A stretch of 37,845 nt of DNA from an uncultured bacterium (GCA_964619725.1 CAZUFC010000088.1:1-37845); one strand, 5' to 3'. Positions 19,931 through 28,529 are shown, counted from the first letter of the stretch. The notes: a model not told the origin generated them from the letters alone. Numbers and translations are program-made.

Positions 19931-20186
19931 CCCCCTCTCCATTGCAGGAATAAGTATTTGGATAAGCTTTACATCATTAATTCTCAATATGTCAGTTGAA
20001 GAATCGTTGCCGTTGTCGGAGTATCGTGCGCAATGACTTATAAACCCAATTTCACCTGAATGAGCTTCAAGTTTATATTCGACAACGACTACGATCACGA
20101 CAACGAATACATTTTTAACTTTTTTTGCTTTAAAAACAATGATTGGTTCCTGTTATCATAATGCCAAAGCCATTGCAGGAGAGGGG
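19931..20186. repeat. CCCCCTCTCC/GGAGAGGGGG palindrome split by a 220-bp insert flanked by an 11-bp direct repeat
   Basis: CCATTGCAGGA at 19939-19949 and 20170-20180. Removing the insert and one repeat copy restores CCCCCTCTCC-ATTGCA-GGAGAGGGGG. Confidence 0.65.
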
Positions 20187-20265
20187 GAGCAAGACTCTGT
20201 TGCTTGCCTCGACTCCATTGTTCTAACAGACCATTACACGCACTTGACGCAATGACCTCTGGTTT

Positions 20266-20325
20266 TCGGTATCGGGGTCGGCATCGCAATCGCAATCGGA
20301 CATTCATACAGAAAACGATTCCGAC
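20266..20325. repeat. CG-hexamer microrepeat array
   Basis: TCGGTA TCGGGG TCGGCA TCGCAA TCGCAA TCG; partial inverse CGATTCCGAC at 20316-20325. Confidence 0.6.
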
Positions 20326-20345
20326 TTAATGCTTGCTTCATGCGT

Positions 20346-21494
20346 TTATATAAATCTTGTTACGGCCTGGCTTATTATTTTTTCCTCCTTGCCGGAATGA
20401 GCCGCTTTAATTTCCGATAATATTTTTTTAGCTCGATTTCTTAATATTTCGTTTTTCAAATCGTCGGGGCCTCGAAATAACGCCGAAAAACGACCGACTC
20501 GATACAGGAGTTTTTCATCGTCGCTCAGGAGTAGGTAGGCGTCCAACTGAGCGATCATTTTATCGCGGTCTTCAGGGAGTCGGCCTTTAACGGTTTCCAT
20601 CAGGTTCATGATATGGTCTGAAACGACTGTGGAATTTATTCCTTTCAAGCGGGTGAGGAAAAGTTTTATTTCTTTTGCTGTTCCTTCATCGGAAAGCGGA
20701 GTGAAATCGCCGGATTCCATTAATTTGTAAAGAGGTATTCTTTGGGGAATACGGAGGGTCCTCAGTCGAATAAAGTGTGGAGAAATTTCGTTTAAGACGG
20801 CGGCGGTATCTTTGGCGTGCGGAATGCTCATTTCGTTTCCGCCGAGCCCCGGCATGACGTATTCCGATACTTCGAATCCGGCTTCCACAGCTTTTTTTCC
20901 GGCTGAAATGTGGTCTTCCGCGGTAGCTCCTTTTTTCATAAGCTTCAACAGGGGATCATGCCCGGTTTCCAGGCCGAGATGAAGTCTGTCCAGTCCGGCT
21001 TTTCTTATTTCTTTTAATTCCTGGAGAGATTTTCTTTTGACGGATTTTGCCCTGGCATAGGTTGTAATCCGTGTGATATCGGGCAAACATTCTTTCAGAT
21101 GAATTAATATTTCAACCAGAACATCCGGTTTTAAGACGAAATTATCCGCATCCTGCAGAAACACTGTTCCTGTTCCATGATAAAGCCAGGCCGCAGCCAT
21201 GATCCTGGCCTGCGAAGCGGAGGGCGAATCGAAAATCATTCTCAATATGAGTTTATTGACCTGCCCTCCGTAATTTAAACTTTGAGACAGTTCGCGGATG
21301 TCGTCGACGGCTTCCTTGAGCGCGTCTATTTCCTTTTTGACTTCTGAAACGGTTCTTCTCGAAAATGAGGCGCCCTTATAAACAGGACAGAAAAGGCACT
21401 GGTTCCAGGGGCAGTTCCTGGTCAGACGAATGAAAAGACTCCTGGACTCGCTGGGCGGCCGGATGGGGCCCTGTTCGATCTGAACTTCAGTCAT
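20346..21494 (-). CDS. Radical SAM protein of unknown substrate
   Basis: IRPPSE, CPWNQCLFC (CX4CX2C), FLQDAD, GLETG, YVMPGLGG, FIRLRTL, SDHIMNL. Confidence 0.88.
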   Translation of the reverse strand: MTEVQIEQGPIRPPSESRSLFIRLTRNCPWNQCLFCPVYKGASFSRRTVSEVKKEIDALKEAVDDIRELSQSLNYGGQVNKLILRMIFDSPSASQARIMAAAWLYHGTGTVFLQDADNFVLKPDVLVEILIHLKECLPDITRITTYARAKSVKRKSLQELKEIRKAGLDRLHLGLETGHDPLLKLMKKGATAEDHISAGKKAVEAGFEVSEYVMPGLGGNEMSIPHAKDTAAVLNEISPHFIRLRTLRIPQRIPLYKLMESGDFTPLSDEGTAKEIKLFLTRLKGINSTVVSDHIMNLMETVKGRLPEDRDKMIAQLDAYLLLSDDEKLLYRVGRFSALFRGPDDLKNEILRNRAKKILSEIKAAHSGKEEKIISQAVTRFI

Positions 21495-21742
21495 AATCGC
21501 TATCCTTTGCGTTTTTGGCGGTAACAGTATGGGGATTTGCCGGATGCCGCTCCGGTTTCCCTATCAGGAAAAGTAAACCGAAGTGAAAGACGCAAGTCAA
21601 ATTCTATGGGATGAGTCAATAAAAGCAGACGCTGCTTCCTGCCGTTGTCTCGAAAAATCAATGCATATGGCTTTTTGGGAGAATACATTTTGCTTTTCAA
21701 CTCCGGCGGTCATGAAAAAATTATGCCGGAGCAGGTTATTTT

Positions 21743-21880
21743 GGCATTGATCAAAAATGCATCTTTTGAGGTTTCGACGGAACCTTTCATCATTCTGTTT
21801 CGATTCCGGTACCGACACCAATTACTGAACTAAACTGTCGAAAGTTTTGAAAGAAATGTAACCCCTGTTTAATCAACTGA
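21743..21880 (+). mobile_element. Inverted-repeat family D element
   Basis: Begins GGCATTGATCAAAAATGCATCTTTTGAGGTT and ends TGTAACCCCTGTTTAATCA. Aligns collinearly with the reverse complement of 37512-37662. Confidence 0.7.
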
Positions 21881-21937
21881 CTATTACACACACGTAACAC
21901 AAGAGTTCGATCGGCTTCATTCTGTATATTTGATTTA

Positions 21938-21966
21938 CGATTGCGATGCCTATACCGACACCGATT
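21938..21966. repeat. CG-hexamer microrepeat array, inverse orientation to 20266-20298
   Basis: CGATTG CGATGC CTATAC CGACAC CGATT; its first 13 bp are the exact reverse complement of 20280-20292. Confidence 0.55.
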
Positions 21967-22042
21967 CCCAACAGCGGCTGCCCGGAATCAAAAATAGGGG
22001 ACTGCCGAAATCAGACAGTCAAACAGCGCTCACAGGCAAAGT

Positions 22043-22072
22043 CCCCCCGCTTGCGGGGGGATATAGGGGGGG
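22043..22072. repeat. C-run/G-run palindromic dispersed repeat
   Basis: CCCCCCGC-TT-GCGGGGGG followed by ATATAGGGGGGG. Confidence 0.7.
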
Positions 22073-22192
22073 CTTTCTATGAAGTCACAGTTCTATATGT
22101 TTTTGTTCTGACAAATAAACTTCATAACTCCTTGTATTTGAAGTGTAAAATGAAAATCATTCGTCCATTGTGTCAAGCGTGTGTACTAGTAA

Positions 22193-22392
22193 GTTTTTGT
22201 CGATAAACGGCGAATTTCCCCCAATACTGCGTCAGGCTGCGGATTTGCTCAGTCAACGTATATGCATTACCCCTGCCTCGCAAATCCTTGTCTTAATTGC
22301 TTTAAGTTAAATTCGCCCGTTTATGGATCAAAAACCCAAGTGACTGTCCAGCATTAAATTTTGAATCGACAATCGAGTTTATGGACAGTCAC
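22193..22392 (+). mobile_element. Full-length B+A composite MITE-like element (200 bp) with 6-bp direct repeat
   Basis: Module B 22193-22335 has arms GTTTTTGTCGATAAACGGCGAATTT / AAATTCGCCCGTTTATGGATCAAAAAC and an inner stem GGATTTGC/GCAAATCC. It is followed by the CCAA linker and module A 22340-22392. TAGTAA at both 22187-22192 and 22393-22398. Confidence 0.85.
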
Positions 22393-22643
22393 TAGTAAGG
22401 TTTAATCAGCCCCGTAATTTTTTACCCGTAAAACTTCCCGAATTCACACGAAAAAGAGGGGACATCGGGGATCGTCAGGGTGACCGTGATATTCCGTGTT
22501 ATCGAACCTGAAGCAATGAGCTGAAAATTTCTTCACTCCCTTTGTCTGTTTGAAGCGGGTTTAAGGATTTCAGTCAGGTATTTTTTTTGATAAAGTAATT
22601 ATGAAGTGCATGCAGAACAAAGTTTCACTATGAAAGGAAAGCA

Positions 22644-25600
22644 GTGAATAAAATGAATACAAAATTTTTTATTAAGGCGTTTATTGTAATATCGGTCTTA
22701 GCGGCGTTTTTGCATTTTCGATTACCAGTGCATGCGGAATTTCCGTTTCCGTCGGCGCCTGTCGGGATAAACCCGTATGATTATCATTTGTATTGTTTTA
22801 TGGCGGCGGGTATGCATCCGAACGACTGGGATGAGAGAGATGGTGACGACGATCTGGGTGACTGGCAGTTTTTCGGGGAAGCGGGAGTCGATGAATCGGT
22901 ATGCACGGAGGATGATCCTCCGGGATGTTGGGAGATGGAGATGGAGGGTGTTCCCGGTATGCGGGCGGACCAGGCCTGGGAGGTATGCACGGGTCGTCCT
23001 GATGTAACGGTAGCGGTATTGGACAGCGGGATAAAATGGAACCGACATGATCTGCAGAACAAGATGTTTTTGAACCGTGAAGAGTTGCCTTTGCCGGAGG
23101 GGTCTGAGCATTACGACAGGGACCTGAACGGTGCGTTCGACGTCAGGGATTACTTTGAAGATTCCCGTGTATTTGACGCCAATGATAACGGTATAATAGA
23201 CGCGGGCGATTTAATCGACATTTTTTCCGATGATGTGGACGACGATTCCAACGGATACGTTGATGATATATGCGGATGGGATTTTTTTGAGGAAGATAAC
23301 GATCCTTTTGATGAAGTGAATTACGGACATGGTACGGGAATATCGAGCGATGCGGCGAATGAAGTGAACAATGATGAGCGGCCTCATTGCGGCGGCATGG
23401 GATTCTGTCCGAACTGCATGACGCTTCCTGTTAAGGTGGGAGATTCGTTTATTGTGGAGGCGAATGATTTTGCGGAGGGAGTTATCTTTGCGGTTGATTC
23501 GGGTGCGGACGTTATCGGGGAGGCGCTCGGCGCGTTGAACATGACCGGATTTGCAAACGAAGCGATAGAGTATGCGTATGAAGAAGGAGTGATCGTTGTA
23601 GCTTCGGCCGCGGATGAAGAATCGCTGCATCACAATGTGCCGGCGGACCATCCGAAGACGCTTGTGGTCAATTCCGTCAGGGACAATGAACTGGGGATCA
23701 ACTGGGACAAATCTTACATCATGATGAACGGTTGCACGAACCAGGGGGCGCGAATAGACGTTTCAGCATCTTCCGAGCATTGTTCGTCTGAAGCGACGGG
23801 CAATACGACCGGCATAGCGGGATTGCTGGTTTCAGCAGCTAAGAATTCCATCGACAGGGGCAATATGACCTATTATCCGCCGGTTCATCCGGACGCCCCT
23901 GACAATCGGCCTTTGTCCGCAGGAGAAATCCGCCAGATAATTCGGATGACTGCAGACGACATTCATACAAAGGGAATGTGGGAATTTACTCATTTATTCT
24001 GGCGGTCGGAGCGCTTTCACGGCGATGTGGGCTGGGACCCCTATTTCGGTTTCGGACGCATCAATATGTATCAAATGGTCAAAGCTGCAGATTCAGGAAA
24101 TATTCCGCCCGAAGCGGAGATCGACAGTCCCCGCTGGTGGACTATACTCGACCCGGCGATGGAAAGAGTTCAAATTACGGGATTTGCAGCGGCGCAGCGA
24201 TCCGGAAGTTTCCGTTATTACGTGGAATGTGCTCCAGAATGGGACCCCAGGCCTGGGGATTTTTACAGCATTTATGCTTCGGGTGAATTGACGGAAGCGC
24301 AGGAAGGGGTTCTGGCAGAGTTGGACCTGGGCGATCTGGCATCGAGGATGCCTTATGGAGTTGAAGGAGCGGCTGTTGATCCTCACGATTTTGGCCGGGG
24401 CATGCCCAATCGTTTTGCTTTTACAATAAGAGTGCGGGTCGTCGATTCTTCGGGCTGTGCCGGAACCGCTGTCAGGGCCTGTTTCTTGCACCATGATCCG
24501 ATGCTCCGGGACGGTTTTCCAGTCTATTTGGGCGGCGACGTCAGCGTTTCCCCGGTTTTTTACGATTTAAACAATGACGGCAAGCAGGAGCTGATATTCG
24601 CTACGGGAAACGGAGGCGTTCATGTGTTGAAGGAAGACGGTACGGAGCCGGCGGGGTGGCCTGTATATACGGACCCGATACCTTTGAACCTGGGCAGTGC
24701 GGCTTATGACCCTATCTCTACGCATATCACCCTGCCGGTTCATGCCGCGGTTCTGGTAGGAGCTCCGGCGATAGGCGACATAGACGGCGACGGGCATGAA
24801 GAGATACTTGTTGCCGATATGGAGGGGAAAGTATACGCTTGGGACAAGGGCGGCGACCGGAAGCCGGGTTTTCCCGTCTCGACCGACAGGACATATTCAA
24901 CGGTGAAAAGAGGTGACGGGACTTATGCAAGGGACAAGTGGAACAGGACTGACTGGGGATTCATGTCGCAACCTTCCCTGGGAGACATCGATAATGACGA
25001 TAAGCTGGAAATCATAATCGGAGCGCTTGACGGTCACGTCTATGCCTGGAGCGGGGATGGAACTTATGTTCCGGGATGGCCTGTCATGCTGTGCGAACCG
25101 GAATACGTCGAATCGGTGGAACCGGGAACTCATTGTGTGAATTATATTCCCGAAGTGAAAGACGACACTGATATAGTGGGCAGGAAGATACTAGGCTCGG
25201 TTTCCTTGGGGGATGTCGACGGCGACGGAAACCTGGAGGTTGTTGCGGCTACCAATGAGGGATATGCTGAGGAGCGGAATTATGTTTTAAAAGGTTGGTG
25301 GGAAACCGTTCTGGGAAATGCTGATGAGATTGTGGACGTGCCGGAGGGCAACGGCCGCTGTTACATCATCCGTCATGACGGCACATTGCATGACGGCGAC
25401 CCTTCGGATGACGACGGTCTCGATACTGATGCCTTCCTCGAAGGATGGCCGGTAAAAGTCGGTTTGATGCTGCCCGAAGTCCTGCCCATGGTCGGCACAG
25501 GCATCAACGGTCCTGCAGTCCTGGCCGACAGAGAACAGGACGGACAGATGGAAATAGCCGTCCATTCGGCTTTCGGTCCTCATTACGTTTTCAATCACGA

Positions 25601-26624
25601 AGGAGAAAGCATCTACGGCAAAGAAGAAGGCAAAGACCGCACTCTCGGAAGATGGGACGATAACGTGGGTTTCCTGACCAACTCAACGGATTTCCCCACG
25701 TACGGATGCTTCGGCGGTCCCATATTCGCCGAAGAATTCGGCAGCGTGCTCACGGTCATATCCGGAGGCGGAGTGGGAAAAGGGCTCGATGCCGCTCTGA
25801 CCGCGGATCAACTGGGAACGGATTCACATATCACGGTATGGTCGCTCGACGGCATCGAAGGGACCATGCTGCCCGGATTCCCCCGCCAGATCAACGATAT
25901 GACCTTTTTCGGGACCCCCGTCGCGGCAGACCTCAATCACGACGGACTGCTCGAATTCATCGTCGGGACAGGTGTCTATGACCTCAATGCCGTCAACCGT
26001 TACGGCGTTCAGGCCGACGGATGGCCGAAACTGACCGGGGGATGGATGGTTACCACTCCGGCCCTCGGCGATTTCGACGGAGACGGTTTCATTGAAATTG
26101 CTGCAGGCACACGAGAAGGAAATCTCTTCCTTTGGGAGACGGATGGCTGGATGGGCGAAAATATGCCCTGGCCGCAACATCAGCACGATGTGCATAATTC
26201 GGGATGCCTTCATCATCAGCCGCCCACTCCCGTCGGACCCACTCCTACGCCTACGCCCACTTTTGTTCCCTCTTCCCTGACAGTTAAAATTATGATGCCC
26301 GATCACTGGTTCCAAACCGGCGATATCTGCAGCCTTAAACTGGAAATATTGAACCGCTTCGCTGAAATGAACGAAGCTCCCCTTTTCATCGCGCTTTACG
26401 TGGACGGCCTGTTCTATTTCTGGCCCTCATGGAGCGAACAACCCGGTTACGATACCATAAATATCAAACCAGGTTCACAGATACTGGACATAATTGAGCC
26501 TTTTGAATTTCCTGAAGTCGAAGACTCTCTCGGCGGCCTGATCTTCGTCGCTGCCGTAACGGACCAGGATTTATCGGAAATAACCAGCAACCTGGAAACC
26601 TTTGAATTCGGATTCGGACCGTAA
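22644..26624 (+). CDS. Secreted S8 (subtilisin-family) serine peptidase with FG-GAP/VCBS repeats, a Pro-Thr linker and an acidic C-terminal domain
   Basis: Signal peptide; AVLDSG (Asp), GHGT (His), CSSEA (Ser region); DDDSNGYVDD insertion; several D-(I/L/V/F)-(D/N)-x-D-G repeats with GWPV/GFPV; PTPTPTPT linker. Confidence 0.85.
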   Translation: MNKMNTKFFIKAFIVISVLAAFLHFRLPVHAEFPFPSAPVGINPYDYHLYCFMAAGMHPNDWDERDGDDDLGDWQFFGEAGVDESVCTEDDPPGCWEMEMEGVPGMRADQAWEVCTGRPDVTVAVLDSGIKWNRHDLQNKMFLNREELPLPEGSEHYDRDLNGAFDVRDYFEDSRVFDANDNGIIDAGDLIDIFSDDVDDDSNGYVDDICGWDFFEEDNDPFDEVNYGHGTGISSDAANEVNNDERPHCGGMGFCPNCMTLPVKVGDSFIVEANDFAEGVIFAVDSGADVIGEALGALNMTGFANEAIEYAYEEGVIVVASAADEESLHHNVPADHPKTLVVNSVRDNELGINWDKSYIMMNGCTNQGARIDVSASSEHCSSEATGNTTGIAGLLVSAAKNSIDRGNMTYYPPVHPDAPDNRPLSAGEIRQIIRMTADDIHTKGMWEFTHLFWRSERFHGDVGWDPYFGFGRINMYQMVKAADSGNIPPEAEIDSPRWWTILDPAMERVQITGFAAAQRSGSFRYYVECAPEWDPRPGDFYSIYASGELTEAQEGVLAELDLGDLASRMPYGVEGAAVDPHDFGRGMPNRFAFTIRVRVVDSSGCAGTAVRACFLHHDPMLRDGFPVYLGGDVSVSPVFYDLNNDGKQELIFATGNGGVHVLKEDGTEPAGWPVYTDPIPLNLGSAAYDPISTHITLPVHAAVLVGAPAIGDIDGDGHEEILVADMEGKVYAWDKGGDRKPGFPVSTDRTYSTVKRGDGTYARDKWNRTDWGFMSQPSLGDIDNDDKLEIIIGALDGHVYAWSGDGTYVPGWPVMLCEPEYVESVEPGTHCVNYIPEVKDDTDIVGRKILGSVSLGDVDGDGNLEVVAATNEGYAEERNYVLKGWWETVLGNADEIVDVPEGNGRCYIIRHDGTLHDGDPSDDDGLDTDAFLEGWPVKVGLMLPEVLPMVGTGINGPAVLADREQDGQMEIAVHSAFGPHYVFNHEGESIYGKEEGKDRTLGRWDDNVGFLTNSTDFPTYGCFGGPIFAEEFGSVLTVISGGGVGKGLDAALTADQLGTDSHITVWSLDGIEGTMLPGFPRQINDMTFFGTPVAADLNHDGLLEFIVGTGVYDLNAVNRYGVQADGWPKLTGGWMVTTPALGDFDGDGFIEIAAGTREGNLFLWETDGWMGENMPWPQHQHDVHNSGCLHHQPPTPVGPTPTPTPTFVPSSLTVKIMMPDHWFQTGDICSLKLEILNRFAEMNEAPLFIALYVDGLFYFWPSWSEQPGYDTINIKPGSQILDIIEPFEFPEVEDSLGGLIFVAAVTDQDLSEITSNLETFEFGFGP

Positions 26625-26634
26625 AGAGAAGTCC

Positions 26635-26753
26635 CGGCATTGATCAAAATGAACCTCTTGCGGATAAAGGGCAACCGATAATGGGGGACTTTAACGTTAA
26701 ACAACTTTTTGTCATAAGTTTCGAAAAAGTGTAACCCCGGTTCGATCAGCGCC
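26635..26753 (+). mobile_element. Inverted-repeat family D element between convergent genes
   Basis: CGGCATTGATCAAAAT ... TGTCATAAGTTTCGAAAAAGTGTAACCCCGGTTCGATCAGCGCC matches both ends of 21743-21880. Confidence 0.65.
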
Positions 26754-26771
26754 AATATTAACTCCATCTTT

Positions 26772-27989
26772 TCAATCCCAATCCTTTTGGGCCGCTAACC
26801 TCCGCATATCCTGCCGCAATTCCTTTTCCAGCAGTTCAGGCGTTATCGGAAAATGACGGCGGAAACGATTTAATTCTTCTGCGGGTCTTATCCGTTTTTG
26901 ATCGCCCCTTTCAGCGATGCTGTTCATGTAAGCCGTTAGTTCCTGCGGATACTTTTCATTCAGATAGTAAAACAGCGCCCAGCTTTGAGCGTATGCCGCG
27001 GCCGGATCGCTGAAAAGGCTTTCAAAAAAATCCATTTTTGCGGTCAGCAGAAGTTCCGTATTAATCGTCTCTCCTTTTTTCACCGACTGAAGATAACAGT
27101 TCAGTCGTCGCCTGTTAGGCAGAGGTTCAGAATACGCCTCGTTGAAAACGTCATATTCTTCAAAATACATTGACAGGCCTTCTTTCAGCCAAGTCGGAAC
27201 CTGGTTCTCACAGAACAGCGGACCTGTTTCCGCACTCAGCATGTGTACGGCCTCATGGATCGCCACAGAGGAACGTGTTTGTTTGATTAATTTCTCATAA
27301 TTGCGCATGGTACGCTCGAAGATATTCGATTGATGTTCCAATTCCAGCTTTAAATGTTCGTGTCTTATCTTTTCTTCTTCGAGCAATATCCGCGCCTGAT
27401 ATACGCCTACGAAATAAGATTCGCCTTCTGTCGTGGTGAAGGTGAAATCAGCATCCTCCGGCGCGCTTGCTATTTTATGTTCATAATGAGATATCCGGCG
27501 GCGATAAGCCCTTTCTTTTGCTCGCCATATTGCCAGTTCCTTTTTCTCTCTTTCCAGTTCTCTTTCGGCTCCTTTGAAGAGAGGATCATTTTCATTTTTG
27601 TACAGATATATCGTGCTGTCCGTTTCCGAATAAAGCCCCTCAATTATTCGAGGAACAGGGTACTTTTTCTGCACTATTTTCAGGAACTCGGCTTTTTCCG
27701 TTTTGATGACTGCCCTGAGTTTTTTATTCGATTCCCTGCGGATCAATCCGCGTGACCGGCAATATCGGGAATATGTTTGATATGCCGCTTCAAGCATCTT
27801 GATGATGTTTTCCGCATAGAAAGGACTGGTGTCGTAATACAGGACGAAATGCGGTCCTGTCGTTTTGTTCAACGGCAGCGCCGCTCCGGCTTCCTGATCG
27901 GCCGGTCTGTGCTTGCTGGAACAGCCTATGAACAAAGATAACGACAGGAAAACAAGAAGGATCGTGCTGTTTTTTCCGGCTCTTTTCAC
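26772..27989 (-). CDS. DUF1570-like zinc metallopeptidase lipoprotein
   Basis: Lipobox FIGC, GLYS, HEAVH (HExxH), PTWLKEGLSMYFE, YAQSWALFYYL. Contains a long central coiled-coil-like insertion. Confidence 0.75.
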   Translation of the reverse strand: MKRAGKNSTILLVFLSLSLFIGCSSKHRPADQEAGAALPLNKTTGPHFVLYYDTSPFYAENIIKMLEAAYQTYSRYCRSRGLIRRESNKKLRAVIKTEKAEFLKIVQKKYPVPRIIEGLYSETDSTIYLYKNENDPLFKGAERELEREKKELAIWRAKERAYRRRISHYEHKIASAPEDADFTFTTTEGESYFVGVYQARILLEEEKIRHEHLKLELEHQSNIFERTMRNYEKLIKQTRSSVAIHEAVHMLSAETGPLFCENQVPTWLKEGLSMYFEEYDVFNEAYSEPLPNRRRLNCYLQSVKKGETINTELLLTAKMDFFESLFSDPAAAYAQSWALFYYLNEKYPQELTAYMNSIAERGDQKRIRPAEELNRFRRHFPITPELLEKELRQDMRRLAAQKDWD

Positions 27990-28040
27990 CTTTTTACTAT
28001 AACAGAATCAGCGCCGGCGACTAAAATATCGGGGGTCAAC

Positions 28041-28529
28041 TCAGGAAGCGATTTCAATCGATTTGAGATATTCCTGCAGTTGAAACCGGTTATAGCGCTG
28101 AACAATTATGGGGGGCAGGTTAAGAACAAGGCCGGCGAGAATCATCACGATATCGGCCCACAGGGGGTTCCAGAGCAGGACCAGGGGCGCCGGCAGCAGC
28201 ATGATCCAATGGGCCAGCTCCGCGCGGCAGGTTTCGACGACGAACCTTTTCATCTGTTCGGGGTCGTCTTTTTTTATTTTTGTTTTTGAGAATGAGCGCC
28301 GGAACAATGTTCCTGCATCCGGCATCTTTTTTTTCCAATTTTTTATGTTAAACCACCGCTGATAGACCTTTCCGTTTTCTTCCCACTTCCATTCTCTATA
28401 AAGAAGGGAAGAGGGATTGAATCTTTCCGGGGAAAATTTGGTTATAAAAAATGACACGGACAGCATGACGACCGGCCACCAGAGGAAATTCATCACTGTA
28501 ACTACGCTAGTCGGCAGTTCCCATAACAT
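28041..28529 (-). CDS. crtO: CrtO-like glycosyl-4,4'-diaponeurosporenoate acyltransferase family membrane protein
   Basis: WKKKMPDAG, FVVETCRAELAHW and NLPPIIVQRYNR match motifs I recall for the CrtO family. Overlaps the upstream glycosyltransferase by 23 bp. Confidence 0.75.
   Translation of the reverse strand: MLWELPTSVVTVMNFLWWPVVMLSVSFFITKFSPERFNPSSLLYREWKWEENGKVYQRWFNIKNWKKKMPDAGTLFRRSFSKTKIKKDDPEQMKRFVVETCRAELAHWIMLLPAPLVLLWNPLWADIVMILAGLVLNLPPIIVQRYNRFQLQEYLKSIEIAS

Noticed and set aside
20095-22206. Small ORFs near the ATP-grasp and radical SAM genes as RiPP precursors (20095-20307, 21500-21833, 21946-22206)
   Set aside because: They translate repeat DNA and lack an RBS or leader-like features. 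The two enzymes are convergent rather than operonic, and the radical SAM shows no SPASM-type Cys cluster.
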